Below, in pieces: positions 27,534-36,461 of a stretch of 64,000 nt of DNA. Below the pieces are notes generated by a model. The model worked only from the letters and a program-made list of their open reading frames with translations. It did no database searches and had not been told where the DNA came from. The position numbers were made by a program, and so were the translations under genes. Positions within the stretch are counted from its first letter, which is position 1. Every line of letters begins with the position of its first letter. The stretch comes from an uncultured Candidatus Saccharibacteria bacterium (GTDB lineage Bacteria > Patescibacteriota > Minisyncoccia > Phycocordibacterales > WO2-35-19): NCBI GenBank assembly GCA_964630525.1, contig CAZVUY010000003.1:48699-112698 (forward strand), read 5' to 3'.

Positions 27534-27908
27534 ATGATTAGATGCTCAAATTGCAAATCAATATTGGTTAAGGAGATAGACATGAATTATGCCTCTGTCA
27601 AAAAAGAAGGTGAGCCCGCTGATTCCTCAGAACTTTTACCAGAGTACTTTCAGTGCGAGACTTGTAGTCATGCCTGGTTTGCTGATCCGTCTGCTAAAAA
27701 ACTATATCTTGAATATAAGGAGTTGGTACCAAAAACAGAAATTATATCTCAGATTGCACGACCCCGTGGCACATATACTATCTATCATATTAAGCCAGAA
27801 GAACTTTCTCGGAGATTAGAAATTGCTCGTATACTTACTGAGGCACATCAGCATGATTTAAATATAGATGCTGGGGACTGGTATGAAATATTTCAAGATG
27901 CTAGATAG
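27534..27908 (+). CDS. Hypothetical zinc-ribbon protein
   Basis: CSNC and CETC motifs. Confidence 0.7.
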   Translation: MIRCSNCKSILVKEIDMNYASVKKEGEPADSSELLPEYFQCETCSHAWFADPSAKKLYLEYKELVPKTEIISQIARPRGTYTIYHIKPEELSRRLEIARILTEAHQHDLNIDAGDWYEIFQDAR

Positions 27909-27933
27909 TTAAAGATATTAAATTACAGACGAT

Positions 27934-28560
27934 ATGGAAACTTTCATATTAAACATTTATCAAAAATTAGGAGATTACTTTACAGGAAGTAAAAGAAGGA
28001 GGTTGTTATATGCACTTGTTGTAATATTCTTTGTATCTATTTTAGTAATTTCGACCTGTTTTAAATTATCTGTTTCAATCGATACTCTTTATTGGGTTTT
28101 TAGTAGTCTCGTTCAGGCACTTTTAGCACTTGTTGCATTAATGGGAGTCGTATCAGTATTTAAATTACAATCACTTAAATCATCTGAGGACCAGTTTTTG
28201 ATGATTGCAAGAGAAAGTACTTATACCTACTACATCGGAGCGCCACCATCAACTATTGAATTATTGTTATCAAAAATAGAACCAGTCATATCTTCTAATA
28301 ATTTAGACAAATCTAACCACCTGCACATTCTCAGAGATAACATTATGGAAGTAAGATCATCTAAGGAATTAGTGGTGAATTATGCTACAAAATATGCAAT
28401 ATTTACCTTTCTAGTTGTTCTGTTATCCCTACTTTTTCTAATGTGCACAACTTATATTTCTAGGTTCTATTTGGGTGTACCCTCCCTGTACCTCATGTTT
28501 GTGTTAACCGCATATTCTTTATTTCTTGCGATGAAGGGATTTTCTGGCTCTATTAGATAA
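27934..28560 (+). CDS. Hypothetical 4-TM membrane protein
   Basis: Four hydrophobic segments around a soluble loop. Confidence 0.72.
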   Translation: METFILNIYQKLGDYFTGSKRRRLLYALVVIFFVSILVISTCFKLSVSIDTLYWVFSSLVQALLALVALMGVVSVFKLQSLKSSEDQFLMIARESTYTYYIGAPPSTIELLLSKIEPVISSNNLDKSNHLHILRDNIMEVRSSKELVVNYATKYAIFTFLVVLLSLLFLMCTTYISRFYLGVPSLYLMFVLTAYSLFLAMKGFSGSIR

Positions 28561-28627
28561 TGTCCATAAATAAATGCTGAAAAGTGTCACTTTTGTCACT
28601 TTTTGCTATCCTTAAAGAAACATATAT

Positions 28628-29263
28628 ATGGACCAGATAGTCTACATACTCACGAATGAAGCCATGCCCGGCTATGTAAAGATTGGGATTACTGGTGATT
28701 TACAGACAAGGATTAAGCAACTAAGTAGCACCTCGGTTCCCGTCCCTTTTGAATGTTTTTATGCCAAAAAGGTAAAAGATGCTCGGTTTGTAGAAAATAG
28801 GTTACAAGCCACATTCTCTCAGGACAGAGTCGATTCTGGGGCAGGTAGAGAATTTTTCATGATCCAACCCGAGCAGGCAGCAGCCGCCCTGAGTCTTGCT
28901 GAAGGAGAGGAAATCATATTAGGTGACTCAACCATATCTGAACAGGAGCGAATTGCTATTGAGGAAATCAAAAAACGCCGTCCTGGATTTAACTTTTCAA
29001 TGGTAGGTATAAAACCAGGTGCAATATTAACTTTCTCTTTAGATGAATCAATTACTTGTGTGGTTCATGATTCAAAGAAAGTTGAGTTTAATGGAGAGGT
29101 GACCTCACTATCAGATGCAGCTATGAAAGTTCTAGAATCAAAAGGTCTAAACTGGAAAGCGGTTTCTGGACCTGGTATCTGGATGTATGAAGGAGAGAAT
29201 CTATATGAAAGAAGAATTAGGATGGAGGAAGAAGGGGATGGATCTATTTCTGAGAATAATTAA
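28628..29263 (+). CDS. GIY-YIG (T5orf172-like) nuclease with RAMA-like C-terminal domain
   Basis: VYILTNEAMPGYVKIGIT, RIKQL..TSVPVPF, REFF; C-terminal GIKPGAILTF...SLSDAA...SGPGIW. Confidence 0.85.
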   Translation: MDQIVYILTNEAMPGYVKIGITGDLQTRIKQLSSTSVPVPFECFYAKKVKDARFVENRLQATFSQDRVDSGAGREFFMIQPEQAAAALSLAEGEEIILGDSTISEQERIAIEEIKKRRPGFNFSMVGIKPGAILTFSLDESITCVVHDSKKVEFNGEVTSLSDAAMKVLESKGLNWKAVSGPGIWMYEGENLYERRIRMEEEGDGSISENN

Positions 29264-29269
29264 CGTGTA

Positions 29270-29281
29270 CGAGACGCGTCA
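29270..29281 (+). repeat. Putative attR core (CGAGACGCGTCA)
   Basis: Identical to 15991-16002, 6 bp after the last island gene. Confidence 0.7.
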
Positions 29282-29482
29282 TTCGGGAGTGTTAAAATAA
29301 ATCTATTCCGTCAAGCAGGGCTTGACCGACCACGGTTCTAACACGAGGCGGCCAGCAGCCATGTGAGATAGACTGAGACGCCTAAATCAGTCATATTTCT
29401 CAAAGTATTTTTTGAACGAGTCATGGGCTCGAACCGTCTTTGGATGGTGTCCTAAACGGGTCAAGATTGATAAAATATAAAT

Positions 29483-29923
29483 ATGAAAATTATTAGTCTA
29501 AATACTTGGGGTGGGCGTGCAGGAAAGGAAGGGTTACTTTCTTTCTTTAAGGAGCATAAGAATGATACGGATATCTTTTGTCTCCAAGAAATTTGGTCCG
29601 CACCCTATAGTCATTTAGAGGGATACAAAGCTGGCGGTAAGGAGATTAATCATGCGGAAATCATGGTTCAGGGTCTTCAGGAAATCACTGAGCTTTTATC
29701 TGATTTTGTTCCATATTTCCGACCACACCATGGTGATCACTACGGTCTTTTGATGATGGTAAAGAAAGATATCGAGGTGAAAGTTGAGGGAGAAATTTTT
29801 GTACACAAGCACAAGGGATATATTCCTGAAGGTGCCTCGCCCTACAACTTTGAGACCATGACAGCCAGCAGTCATATACTAAGTCAGGTGACTAGGATAC
29901 CTCGGCTTATTTATCCAAAATGA
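29483..29923 (+). pseudogene. Truncated endonuclease/exonuclease/phosphatase (EEP) family gene
   Basis: N-terminal MKIISLNTW and DIFCLQE present; C-terminal GDFN and SDH motifs absent. Confidence 0.65.
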
Positions 29924-30882
29924 TACCAGTTCAAAACCCAAAAAATAAAATTATTGTAGCCGCCATTCTTACTTTGCTTATGATCGTAGGTCTTGTAATC
30001 TGGTATTTAAATCAACCAAAACCAGCATCGGACCATATCCAGGAATTAACTATGGAAGAAGTAGAAGCAGGCTATGAAGTCAGTGCTCGCGCTATGGCTT
30101 CGAGCTCTCCTGATTTTGCTCGTCGAATGGCAATAAATGAATTACCTGCTATTGGAGATAGTAATTATAAAAAGGATGATAATTATGTATATTTTGGTAC
30201 TGATATTGTAGTGGGGGCAGATCCAAAAACTTTTGAAATAATAAATGAGGAATTCGCAAAAGATAAAACTCATGTGTATTACGAAGGAGATATGTTGGAA
30301 GATTCTAACTCTCCAACTTTTGTTCCAGGTCCGATTCCAAAGGATAAATATAGCGTGTATCTGCTTTTGATTTGTAAAGATAACCAATGGGATCAGTGTT
30401 ATCAAAAAGTAGCAGGAGCAGATCCAGCAACTTTTGAACCTGTAAAGTATGGATTTTATAAAGATAAATCTCATATCTTCTACAACACAAAGTTGGTTCC
30501 CGAGGCGGATGTAAACACTTTTGCTATTTATGATGGAGGTAAATATGACTATACCTATGGTTATGATAAGAACTATATTTTTGTAATTGGATACGACCGA
30601 GTCGGAGTGATTAAAGAAAAGTGTAGTGACTTAAATCGAATTGGTGGCTACTATTTGAAATGCGACGACAAAGTTTACTATGAAGATAAACTTTTGGTAG
30701 GTGCTGATGTAAATACTATGAGACCCGTGGGAGTTACAAGTAACTATGCGAAAGATTCAAAGACCGTTTACTTCGATGGAGAGGTTGTGGTAGGTGCAGA
30801 TGCGTCAACCTTTGAGATCGGAGATGGAATAAATGCGAAAGATAAAAATTACACATATCGATTTGGGAAGAGGGTGGAATAA
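29920..30882 (+). CDS. DKNYY-repeat membrane-anchored protein
   Basis: Repeated GADPxTF...Y/FxKDKxxVYY units. Confidence 0.88.
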   Translation: MIPVQNPKNKIIVAAILTLLMIVGLVIWYLNQPKPASDHIQELTMEEVEAGYEVSARAMASSSPDFARRMAINELPAIGDSNYKKDDNYVYFGTDIVVGADPKTFEIINEEFAKDKTHVYYEGDMLEDSNSPTFVPGPIPKDKYSVYLLLICKDNQWDQCYQKVAGADPATFEPVKYGFYKDKSHIFYNTKLVPEADVNTFAIYDGGKYDYTYGYDKNYIFVIGYDRVGVIKEKCSDLNRIGGYYLKCDDKVYYEDKLLVGADVNTMRPVGVTSNYAKDSKTVYFDGEVVVGADASTFEIGDGINAKDKNYTYRFGKRVE

Positions 30883-30883
30883 T

Positions 30884-31393
30884 ATGGAAATAAAAACTGA
30901 ATTTGAATATCAAGGGAAAACATATCCAGTAACCTATAAGGAAGCTGATCCGACTAATGATTTGGAAGGAAAAATATTAAATGGAGTTCATGCATATTGT
31001 TTCTGTGGAGACAAATTCGTTTTAGTCTACAATCAAAAGAAAGATCACTATACTCCTCCGGGTGGCGGTATTGAACCTGGAGAAACTTATGAACAAGCCA
31101 TTATTCGAGAAGTAAAAGAGGAATCCAATATGAAAGTAATCAGCCAAGAATTAATTGGTTACCAAGATGTGGTAGATATCGCGAACGGAGATCGGGTTAT
31201 AAGGCAGGTTAGATCATTTTGTATCGTGGAGCCGTATGGAGATTTTGTTTCTGATCCAGATGGAGATATCACTGCAATTAAATTGATTGATCCCAAAGAT
31301 TACAAACAATATTTCGACTGGGGTAAAATTGGAGACAGAATAATGGAAAGAGCTTTGGAAATATACAATGGAAAATCAACCTCAACAATTTAA
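30884..31393 (+). CDS. NUDIX hydrolase
   Basis: PGGGIEPGETYEQAIIREVKEES. Confidence 0.9.
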   Translation: MEIKTEFEYQGKTYPVTYKEADPTNDLEGKILNGVHAYCFCGDKFVLVYNQKKDHYTPPGGGIEPGETYEQAIIREVKEESNMKVISQELIGYQDVVDIANGDRVIRQVRSFCIVEPYGDFVSDPDGDITAIKLIDPKDYKQYFDWGKIGDRIMERALEIYNGKSTSTI

Positions 31394-31862
31394 TATCGAA
31401 AGTAGCCCAATGGAAGAAGCTTATGAGCTTCTTGAAGCCTCGACTCCTTTAGAGTTATCTCAAAACTATACGAAAGCAGAACAGCCGATATTCATTTCTC
31501 AAGAATGGGACTATGAAAATCCGGAGCAAATACAGAATAAAGTTAAAGATATTTTGGAAGCTGTGAATCCCAGTACCCTAACCGAAGAAGAACAAGATTG
31601 GAGGCAAGAAATACTCTGGTTCTGGTATCACCATGCGATTAGTTGTGCCATTTGGAAAAAAGATAGAGCCAAAGCGATTGAATATTCCAACAAAGCACTC
31701 TCACTTCAAGACGAAAATCATCCGAATAAAATAACAAAAGTATTAAGTCTCTTGGTAAACGATAAAGTGGAGGAAGCAGAAGAATTTGTAAAAACTGTAG
31801 ATACCGACAGAGAAGAAGCTGAGGGATTGATTGAGGATTATAAAGAAGGAAAATTCTTCTAG
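31368..31862 (+). CDS. Hypothetical helical (TPR-like) protein
   Basis: 164-aa ORF overlapping the NUDIX gene. Confidence 0.65.
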   Translation: MENQPQQFNIESSPMEEAYELLEASTPLELSQNYTKAEQPIFISQEWDYENPEQIQNKVKDILEAVNPSTLTEEEQDWRQEILWFWYHHAISCAIWKKDRAKAIEYSNKALSLQDENHPNKITKVLSLLVNDKVEEAEEFVKTVDTDREEAEGLIEDYKEGKFF

Positions 31863-31915
31863 ATTAACTCCACTTTCTTATCTTTCAACACCAGCTTACT
31901 CTTAAGGCAACTTAA
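31859..31915 (-). pseudogene. C-terminal remnant of a second large serine recombinase
   Basis: Translates LSCLKSKLVLKDKKVELI*, aligning without gaps to LGCLRGKITLINKRVSLN* of the recombinase at 21322. Confidence 0.6.
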
Positions 31916-32128
31916 AGAAAGGGGTACCTTTCACTCCAATCAAGGTACGGACCCGTTGAATCTGAAAAATATATTTTGTACCACATCATGGTTGGTGGAA
32001 GCCCAGGTGAAGCCCCATTTTTTGATTTCCCAGAACCAGATTCAATCTATATTTGGTTGAAGAGCCAAATGAATCCCACCGAGTAATGATCGTGAAAGGT
32101 AGGATTTGTGCTATGTTATTATTGACTT

Positions 32129-33289
32129 ATGAAAAGAGTTTTTGCTTTTTTGGGTTTGGTACTAGTTTTGCCGTGGGTCGCTTTTGCCCAGGGTGAAATT
32201 GTGCAAGATAAATACGAGACAGTGCTTGCCAAGGTGGTTGAAATAATTGAGCAGGAGACAAAAAATATTCCCGGTACTGATACTCCCACTCTCCACCAAA
32301 AAATCAAAGTAGAATTGCTTGAAGGTTGGCAAAAAGGCGAGATAGTCCAAATAGACAACGACTATCTAAACCTCAAAAAGGGAGAAAAATTTTATGTTCT
32401 CCATACGATAGGTTGGGATAGTCAGAAGGATTATTATTCTGTCCAGGAAAAATATCGTCTACCAAATCTATTTATTCTCACGATTATATTTATCGGGATC
32501 GCTCTTTATTTCGGAAGAGGCCAGGGTTTTCGGGGGTTGATTAGTCTTGCGGGGAGTATTGTTTTGATAATTTTTGTCTTGTTGCCCGGCATTTTACACG
32601 GATTTTCTCCAATCTTTATGACTATTGCGGTCTCCTCTGTAATTATTATCCTTGGGTCTTATATTACACATGGGTTTAATAGGGTCACTTCGGCGGCTGT
32701 TGTGGGGATGATCGCTACTGTCGTCATCACAGGGGCGTTTGCCTACTTTGCTGTCCACTTTACCTCCCTTACTGGCTATGAATCTGAAGAAGCGACATAC
32801 CTCACTCTCAATTCAAGAGGAACGATCGATATTCTAGGTCTCTTGTTTGGTGGGATCATGATCGGTCTTTTGGGGGTGCTCTATGATGCTGCCATTTCAC
32901 AGGCGATCTCTGTTGAGGAGCTTTGGAAAATCGCTCCGCATGTTTCTGCCAGAAAAATTTATGAAAGAGCGATAAGGATTGGTCGAGAACACATCGGAGC
33001 GCTCGTCGATACTCTTGCTATCGCTTATGTCGGCGCCTCGCTCCCACTTCTTCTTTTGTTTTTCCAGACTTCGGCTGAAAGCCCTCTCATTACTCTAAAT
33101 CGTGAAATATTTTCTACCGAGATAGTACGCATCCTTATTGGTTCGATTGGCCTTATCCTTGCTGTGCCGATCACAACATTTGTGGCGGTACGGATGTTGC
33201 AAAATAAAAAAAGCTCCAAAATTAGTGAAAGTGAGCTTCAAAAAGAAGAGCACAAATTGCTCGCGGTCGAACAAGGGCATAGCCATTAA
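32129..33289 (+). CDS. YibE/F-family membrane protein
   Basis: GLLGVLYDAAISQA, IGREHIGALVDTLAIAYVGASLP, EIVRILIGSIGLILAVPITT. Confidence 0.92.
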   Translation: MKRVFAFLGLVLVLPWVAFAQGEIVQDKYETVLAKVVEIIEQETKNIPGTDTPTLHQKIKVELLEGWQKGEIVQIDNDYLNLKKGEKFYVLHTIGWDSQKDYYSVQEKYRLPNLFILTIIFIGIALYFGRGQGFRGLISLAGSIVLIIFVLLPGILHGFSPIFMTIAVSSVIIILGSYITHGFNRVTSAAVVGMIATVVITGAFAYFAVHFTSLTGYESEEATYLTLNSRGTIDILGLLFGGIMIGLLGVLYDAAISQAISVEELWKIAPHVSARKIYERAIRIGREHIGALVDTLAIAYVGASLPLLLLFFQTSAESPLITLNREIFSTEIVRILIGSIGLILAVPITTFVAVRMLQNKKSSKISESELQKEEHKLLAVEQGHSH

Positions 33290-33310
33290 AAACAAATCCT
33301 TATTTAATTT

Positions 33311-33589
33311 ATGTTTAAAGAATTGATCGAGTATTGCCGAGATAATCCTAAAGGCTATTGGTTTAAGCGCAAGGTGTATGGTTGGGGGTGGACTCCGGTC
33401 AAGTGGCAAGGGTGGCTGGTGGTGTTGGTGGCGGTAGCCTTCATCTTTGCTGGTGCTTACGTGGGAGAAACTGACGATGCGCCTGGGGCGACGTTACTTG
33501 GAATCTTGATCGCCACCGCGCTCATATTTGGTTTTGGTTATTGGAAAGGGGAGAAGCCACGTTGGCAATGGGGCCTGCCTAAAAAATAA
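33311..33589 (+). CDS. Small membrane protein
   Basis: WFKRKVYGWGWTPVKWQGW ... KGEKPRWQWG. Confidence 0.8.
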   Translation: MFKELIEYCRDNPKGYWFKRKVYGWGWTPVKWQGWLVVLVAVAFIFAGAYVGETDDAPGATLLGILIATALIFGFGYWKGEKPRWQWGLPKK

Positions 33590-33591
33590 AT

Positions 33592-33849
33592 ATGAACCCC
33601 ATTTCAAAAAAGACTTCCTTAATAATACTCGCTATCACCGCTCTGCTACTTTCTAGATTAATGTTTGTCTTTTTCGATGATCCAGAAGGGCCAAACTTGC
33701 TTATTGTTACTGTCGGAGCAGCAGTCGTTTATTTCTTGTCTCTCACTACCTACCGACTCAATCCTCCTATTGCTGGTCTTAAAAAACTACTCCTCGCTAT
33801 TTTTGTTCAAATTCTTATCGTCACCTGTGCTGGTCTGCTTTTGCATTAG
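33592..33849 (+). CDS. Small membrane protein
   Basis: Three hydrophobic segments, DDPEGPNLL motif. Confidence 0.75.
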   Translation: MNPISKKTSLIILAITALLLSRLMFVFFDDPEGPNLLIVTVGAAVVYFLSLTTYRLNPPIAGLKKLLLAIFVQILIVTCAGLLLH

Positions 33850-33923
33850 TTCTGATGGTTTTTCAGGCGGGTCTTGAATTTTATGTAAAAATAGCTATTC
33901 TTCATTTAGAAAGGAAGAGGATA

Positions 33924-34388
33924 ATGCAAGCTGTAGATATTGTAATCTCCGGGATAGGTAGTATGAGCTTCGACTGGAATTCTAACGGATTCGGAGTCTC
34001 GTGCAATCTTTGTGGTTCAGAAAATGCAACCAACCGGCTATCTGGCGACATGCCACTAGGCATCCCTGGTTATTACTGCGATTCCTGCCACAAGACCGTG
34101 TGCCGGAGAGCCAGTGAATACTACCTAGAACAATTCAAGAAAAGTACCAAAAATCTCAGGTGGACGGTACTGTTCCGCGATAGCGGTACATGGTCAACCG
34201 AAGAGAGGAATTGTTTAATCTCTCTCAGTGGAGGAGTGTGGGATCATGTCGAGCATCCTGGTTATCTGATACTTGAGGGGCACTACTCCAGAAGAGCTGT
34301 CTCAAAGGCGCTTTTGGGGGGTCCTAAGTTTACTATTACCAAGGTTGTTGGCACAGAAGGGGGCCAGCTCCCATTCCTGCCAATCTAA
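33924..34388 (+). CDS. Hypothetical protein with CxxC motifs
   Basis: CNLC and CDSC; purine-rich SD. Confidence 0.55.
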   Translation: MQAVDIVISGIGSMSFDWNSNGFGVSCNLCGSENATNRLSGDMPLGIPGYYCDSCHKTVCRRASEYYLEQFKKSTKNLRWTVLFRDSGTWSTEERNCLISLSGGVWDHVEHPGYLILEGHYSRRAVSKALLGGPKFTITKVVGTEGGQLPFLPI

Positions 34389-34504
34389 CTCGTTTGCAAA
34401 ACCCAACTTGTTTGAAAAGGTACGACTTAATCGTCGTACCTTTGTGTTTTTAGGAGAGAATTGTTAATTCTAAAATTTAGAAAATTTGGTATAATGTTGA
34501 ACAT

Positions 34505-34786
34505 ATGAAAAATACAATTATTGCGATTGTGGCGATCGTCCTTCTGGTAGGTGGTTATGTGGTTTATTCTCGCAATCAAGGAGAGACATCGGTGCCAACA
34601 CCAAACCAAAATGGCAATGCCAAGATAAATATCGATGATGTTTGTGAAGGCGCGCTAGCTTACATGACTTTTGAAAACGGCGAGCAAGCGGAAATCTTTG
34701 TACAGGAGTGTAAAGAGGGTAAACACCCGCAAGTGATCGAACAGTACAAGGCTAGCTTGAATTTGGACGCGGGAGTAGAGATATAA
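34505..34786 (+). CDS. Hypothetical membrane-anchored protein
   Basis: N-terminal TM; VCEGALAYMTF...FVQECKEG. Confidence 0.75.
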   Translation: MKNTIIAIVAIVLLVGGYVVYSRNQGETSVPTPNQNGNAKINIDDVCEGALAYMTFENGEQAEIFVQECKEGKHPQVIEQYKASLNLDAGVEI

Positions 34787-34879
34787 GCCGGCCCATCATC
34801 ATTCCACAGCTGTCTAGACAGCTGATTTGGCTATGCTACAATTGACGCAAACGGATTATTATCAATTAATATATAAAAT

Positions 34880-35134
34880 ATGCCAAAAGCAAATTCCGCA
34901 TTTATGAAGCCTTGGAATCTTAGTCCGGAAATGGAAGTTATCGTGGGTAAGGGTCCGATGCCTCGATCTGAGGTAGTTTCTAAGATGTGGGTTTATATAA
35001 AAAAGAATGGTTTGCAAGACTCGGTCAATAAGAGGAACATTAATGCTGATGAAAACTTGAAGAAGGTTTTTGACGGCAAGTCTATGGTGACTATGTTTGA
35101 AATGGCCAAATATATTTCAAAGCATCTCTCTTAG
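34880..35134 (+). CDS. Stand-alone SWIB/MDM2-domain protein
   Basis: MPRSEVVSKMWVYIKKNGLQD...INADENLKKVF...MFEMAKYISKHL. Confidence 0.92.
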   Translation: MPKANSAFMKPWNLSPEMEVIVGKGPMPRSEVVSKMWVYIKKNGLQDSVNKRNINADENLKKVFDGKSMVTMFEMAKYISKHLS

Positions 35135-35151
35135 TCAGAAATCATTATGTA

Positions 35152-35192
35152 AAACAAAATCCATCCGGCTTTTGCTTGGGTGGGTTTTGTTT
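35152..35192 (+). terminator. Intrinsic terminator
   Basis: aaacaaaatccatcc...gggtgggttttgttt hairpin. Confidence 0.55.
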
Positions 35193-35237
35193 TGGAGATA
35201 TTTCCTTTGAACGCCAAAACTGGTAGGATAGACGATC

Positions 35238-36113
35238 ATGAAGAGTGAATACAAAGTTATCCTTTTTTATAAATTCGTCCGTCTTAAAAATCCGGAAAAG
35301 ATATTAAGGGAGCAGAAGAAGCTCTGCTCAAGCCTCAATTTGAAGGGGCGGATGCTTTTGGCCAAAGAGGGGATCAACGCTACTTTTGAAGGTAAGGTAC
35401 GAGATATCGGTCGGTACAAAAAAGCCCTAAACGAAAGCCGATTGTTTAAAAATATTGTTTTCAAAGAAAGCGAGAGTGACGGTCGAGCCTTCACTAAGCT
35501 GAAAATAAAAGTGCGCAATGAGGTGGTGACACTGGGAGATTTTGATTTTAACGTAAAAAAGGAAACCGCGAAGACCCTCACGGCTCGCGAACTCGAGCAG
35601 ATGTATAAAAAAGATGAAGATTTTGTGGTCCTTGATCTACGCAATGATTATGAAATCCAGGTTGGTCGTTTTGAAAAGACGGTTAATGACGATATTGGCT
35701 TTGCGACCCAAAATTTCCGAGAGTTGCCAGATCAGCTCAGACGACTCAAACCACTAAAAGAAAAGAAGGTGGTGGCGGTTTGTACAGGTGGTATTCGTTG
35801 TGAAAAGGCCACTTGTCTTCTCAGGCGAGAAGGGTTTAAAAATATTTTCCAGCTTCAGGACGGTATCCATACCTATATGCAAAAGTATCCCGGTAAAAAT
35901 TTCAAAGGTTCTCTTTTTGTTTTTGATAATCGGATGACGACTCCGGTCAAAGATAGTGCGGATCGAGAAATAATCGGTCACTGCCTCTATTGTCAGAAAA
36001 AATGTGAACAATTTTTTAGCGATGACACTTTCAGTCCTTCACGTAAGGTGATTTGCTGCTCGGCTTGCGCCAAAAAACACGGCACTCATCTGCGCCACTG
36101 CTTGCCAGCCTAA
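35238..36113 (+). CDS. trhO: Rhodanese-related tRNA uridine(34) hydroxylase (TrhO/YceA-like)
   Basis: LKGRMLLAKEGINAT, LDLRNDYE, CTGGIRCEKA, FVFDNR. Confidence 0.88.
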   Translation: MKSEYKVILFYKFVRLKNPEKILREQKKLCSSLNLKGRMLLAKEGINATFEGKVRDIGRYKKALNESRLFKNIVFKESESDGRAFTKLKIKVRNEVVTLGDFDFNVKKETAKTLTARELEQMYKKDEDFVVLDLRNDYEIQVGRFEKTVNDDIGFATQNFRELPDQLRRLKPLKEKKVVAVCTGGIRCEKATCLLRREGFKNIFQLQDGIHTYMQKYPGKNFKGSLFVFDNRMTTPVKDSADREIIGHCLYCQKKCEQFFSDDTFSPSRKVICCSACAKKHGTHLRHCLPA

Positions 36114-36139
36114 TTTTCAACGTTATCCCCAGCTTTTAT

Positions 36140-36168
36140 TTGCTAGGTGAACTATGGTTCACTATAAT
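36140..36168 (+). promoter_or_regulatory. Promoter of the lexA operon with SOS box
   Basis: TTGCTA-17-TATAAT; spacer contains gtGAACtatgGTTCac (GAAC-N4-GTTC). Confidence 0.75.
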
Positions 36169-36227
36169 GTTTTTATATTAGATTATTTAGAAATTAAGTC
36201 GCACTCCAAAGGACGGTATCGTGCGAC

Positions 36228-36449
36228 ATGATTTCACTAAATCAAATGAGCAAATATCAAATCGCAAAAGCTGTCCAACGAGAATTAGAAATCTTGAATC
36301 GAAGGATTGACCAAAAGATTCTTCGAGGCATGTCTTATGTTACCGAAGCGAGACGCCACAAAATGCTCCTTGCTCAACTCAATCGTCTGCATCGCCACAA
36401 TTCAGTCGGTCTTTTGAGCAGGATCGCTTCGGTGTTCTCATTTTCTTAA
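36228..36449 (+). CDS. Hypothetical protein upstream of lexA
   Basis: 73-aa ORF; LNRRIDQKILRGMSYVTEARRHK. Confidence 0.7.
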   Translation: MISLNQMSKYQIAKAVQRELEILNRRIDQKILRGMSYVTEARRHKMLLAQLNRLHRHNSVGLLSRIASVFSFS

Positions 36450-36461
36450 GTTCTCCCAATA

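Larger units (their letters stand above)
15991..29281. mobile_element. Integrated element (serine-recombinase genomic island)
   Basis: Identical 12-bp cgagacgcgtca at 15991-16002 and 29270-29281; AT-rich cargo; recombinase, repressor and phage-like genes inside. Confidence 0.75.

Noticed and set aside
28581-28606. aaaagtgtcacttttgtcactttt palindrome/direct repeat before the GIY-YIG gene
   Set aside because: Short, AT-rich and seen once; cannot be distinguished from slippage.
29350-29875. gccagcag(c/t)cat seen at about 29350 and 29864
   Set aside because: Only 11 of 12 bases match and the flanks differ; too weak to call a repeat or att site.
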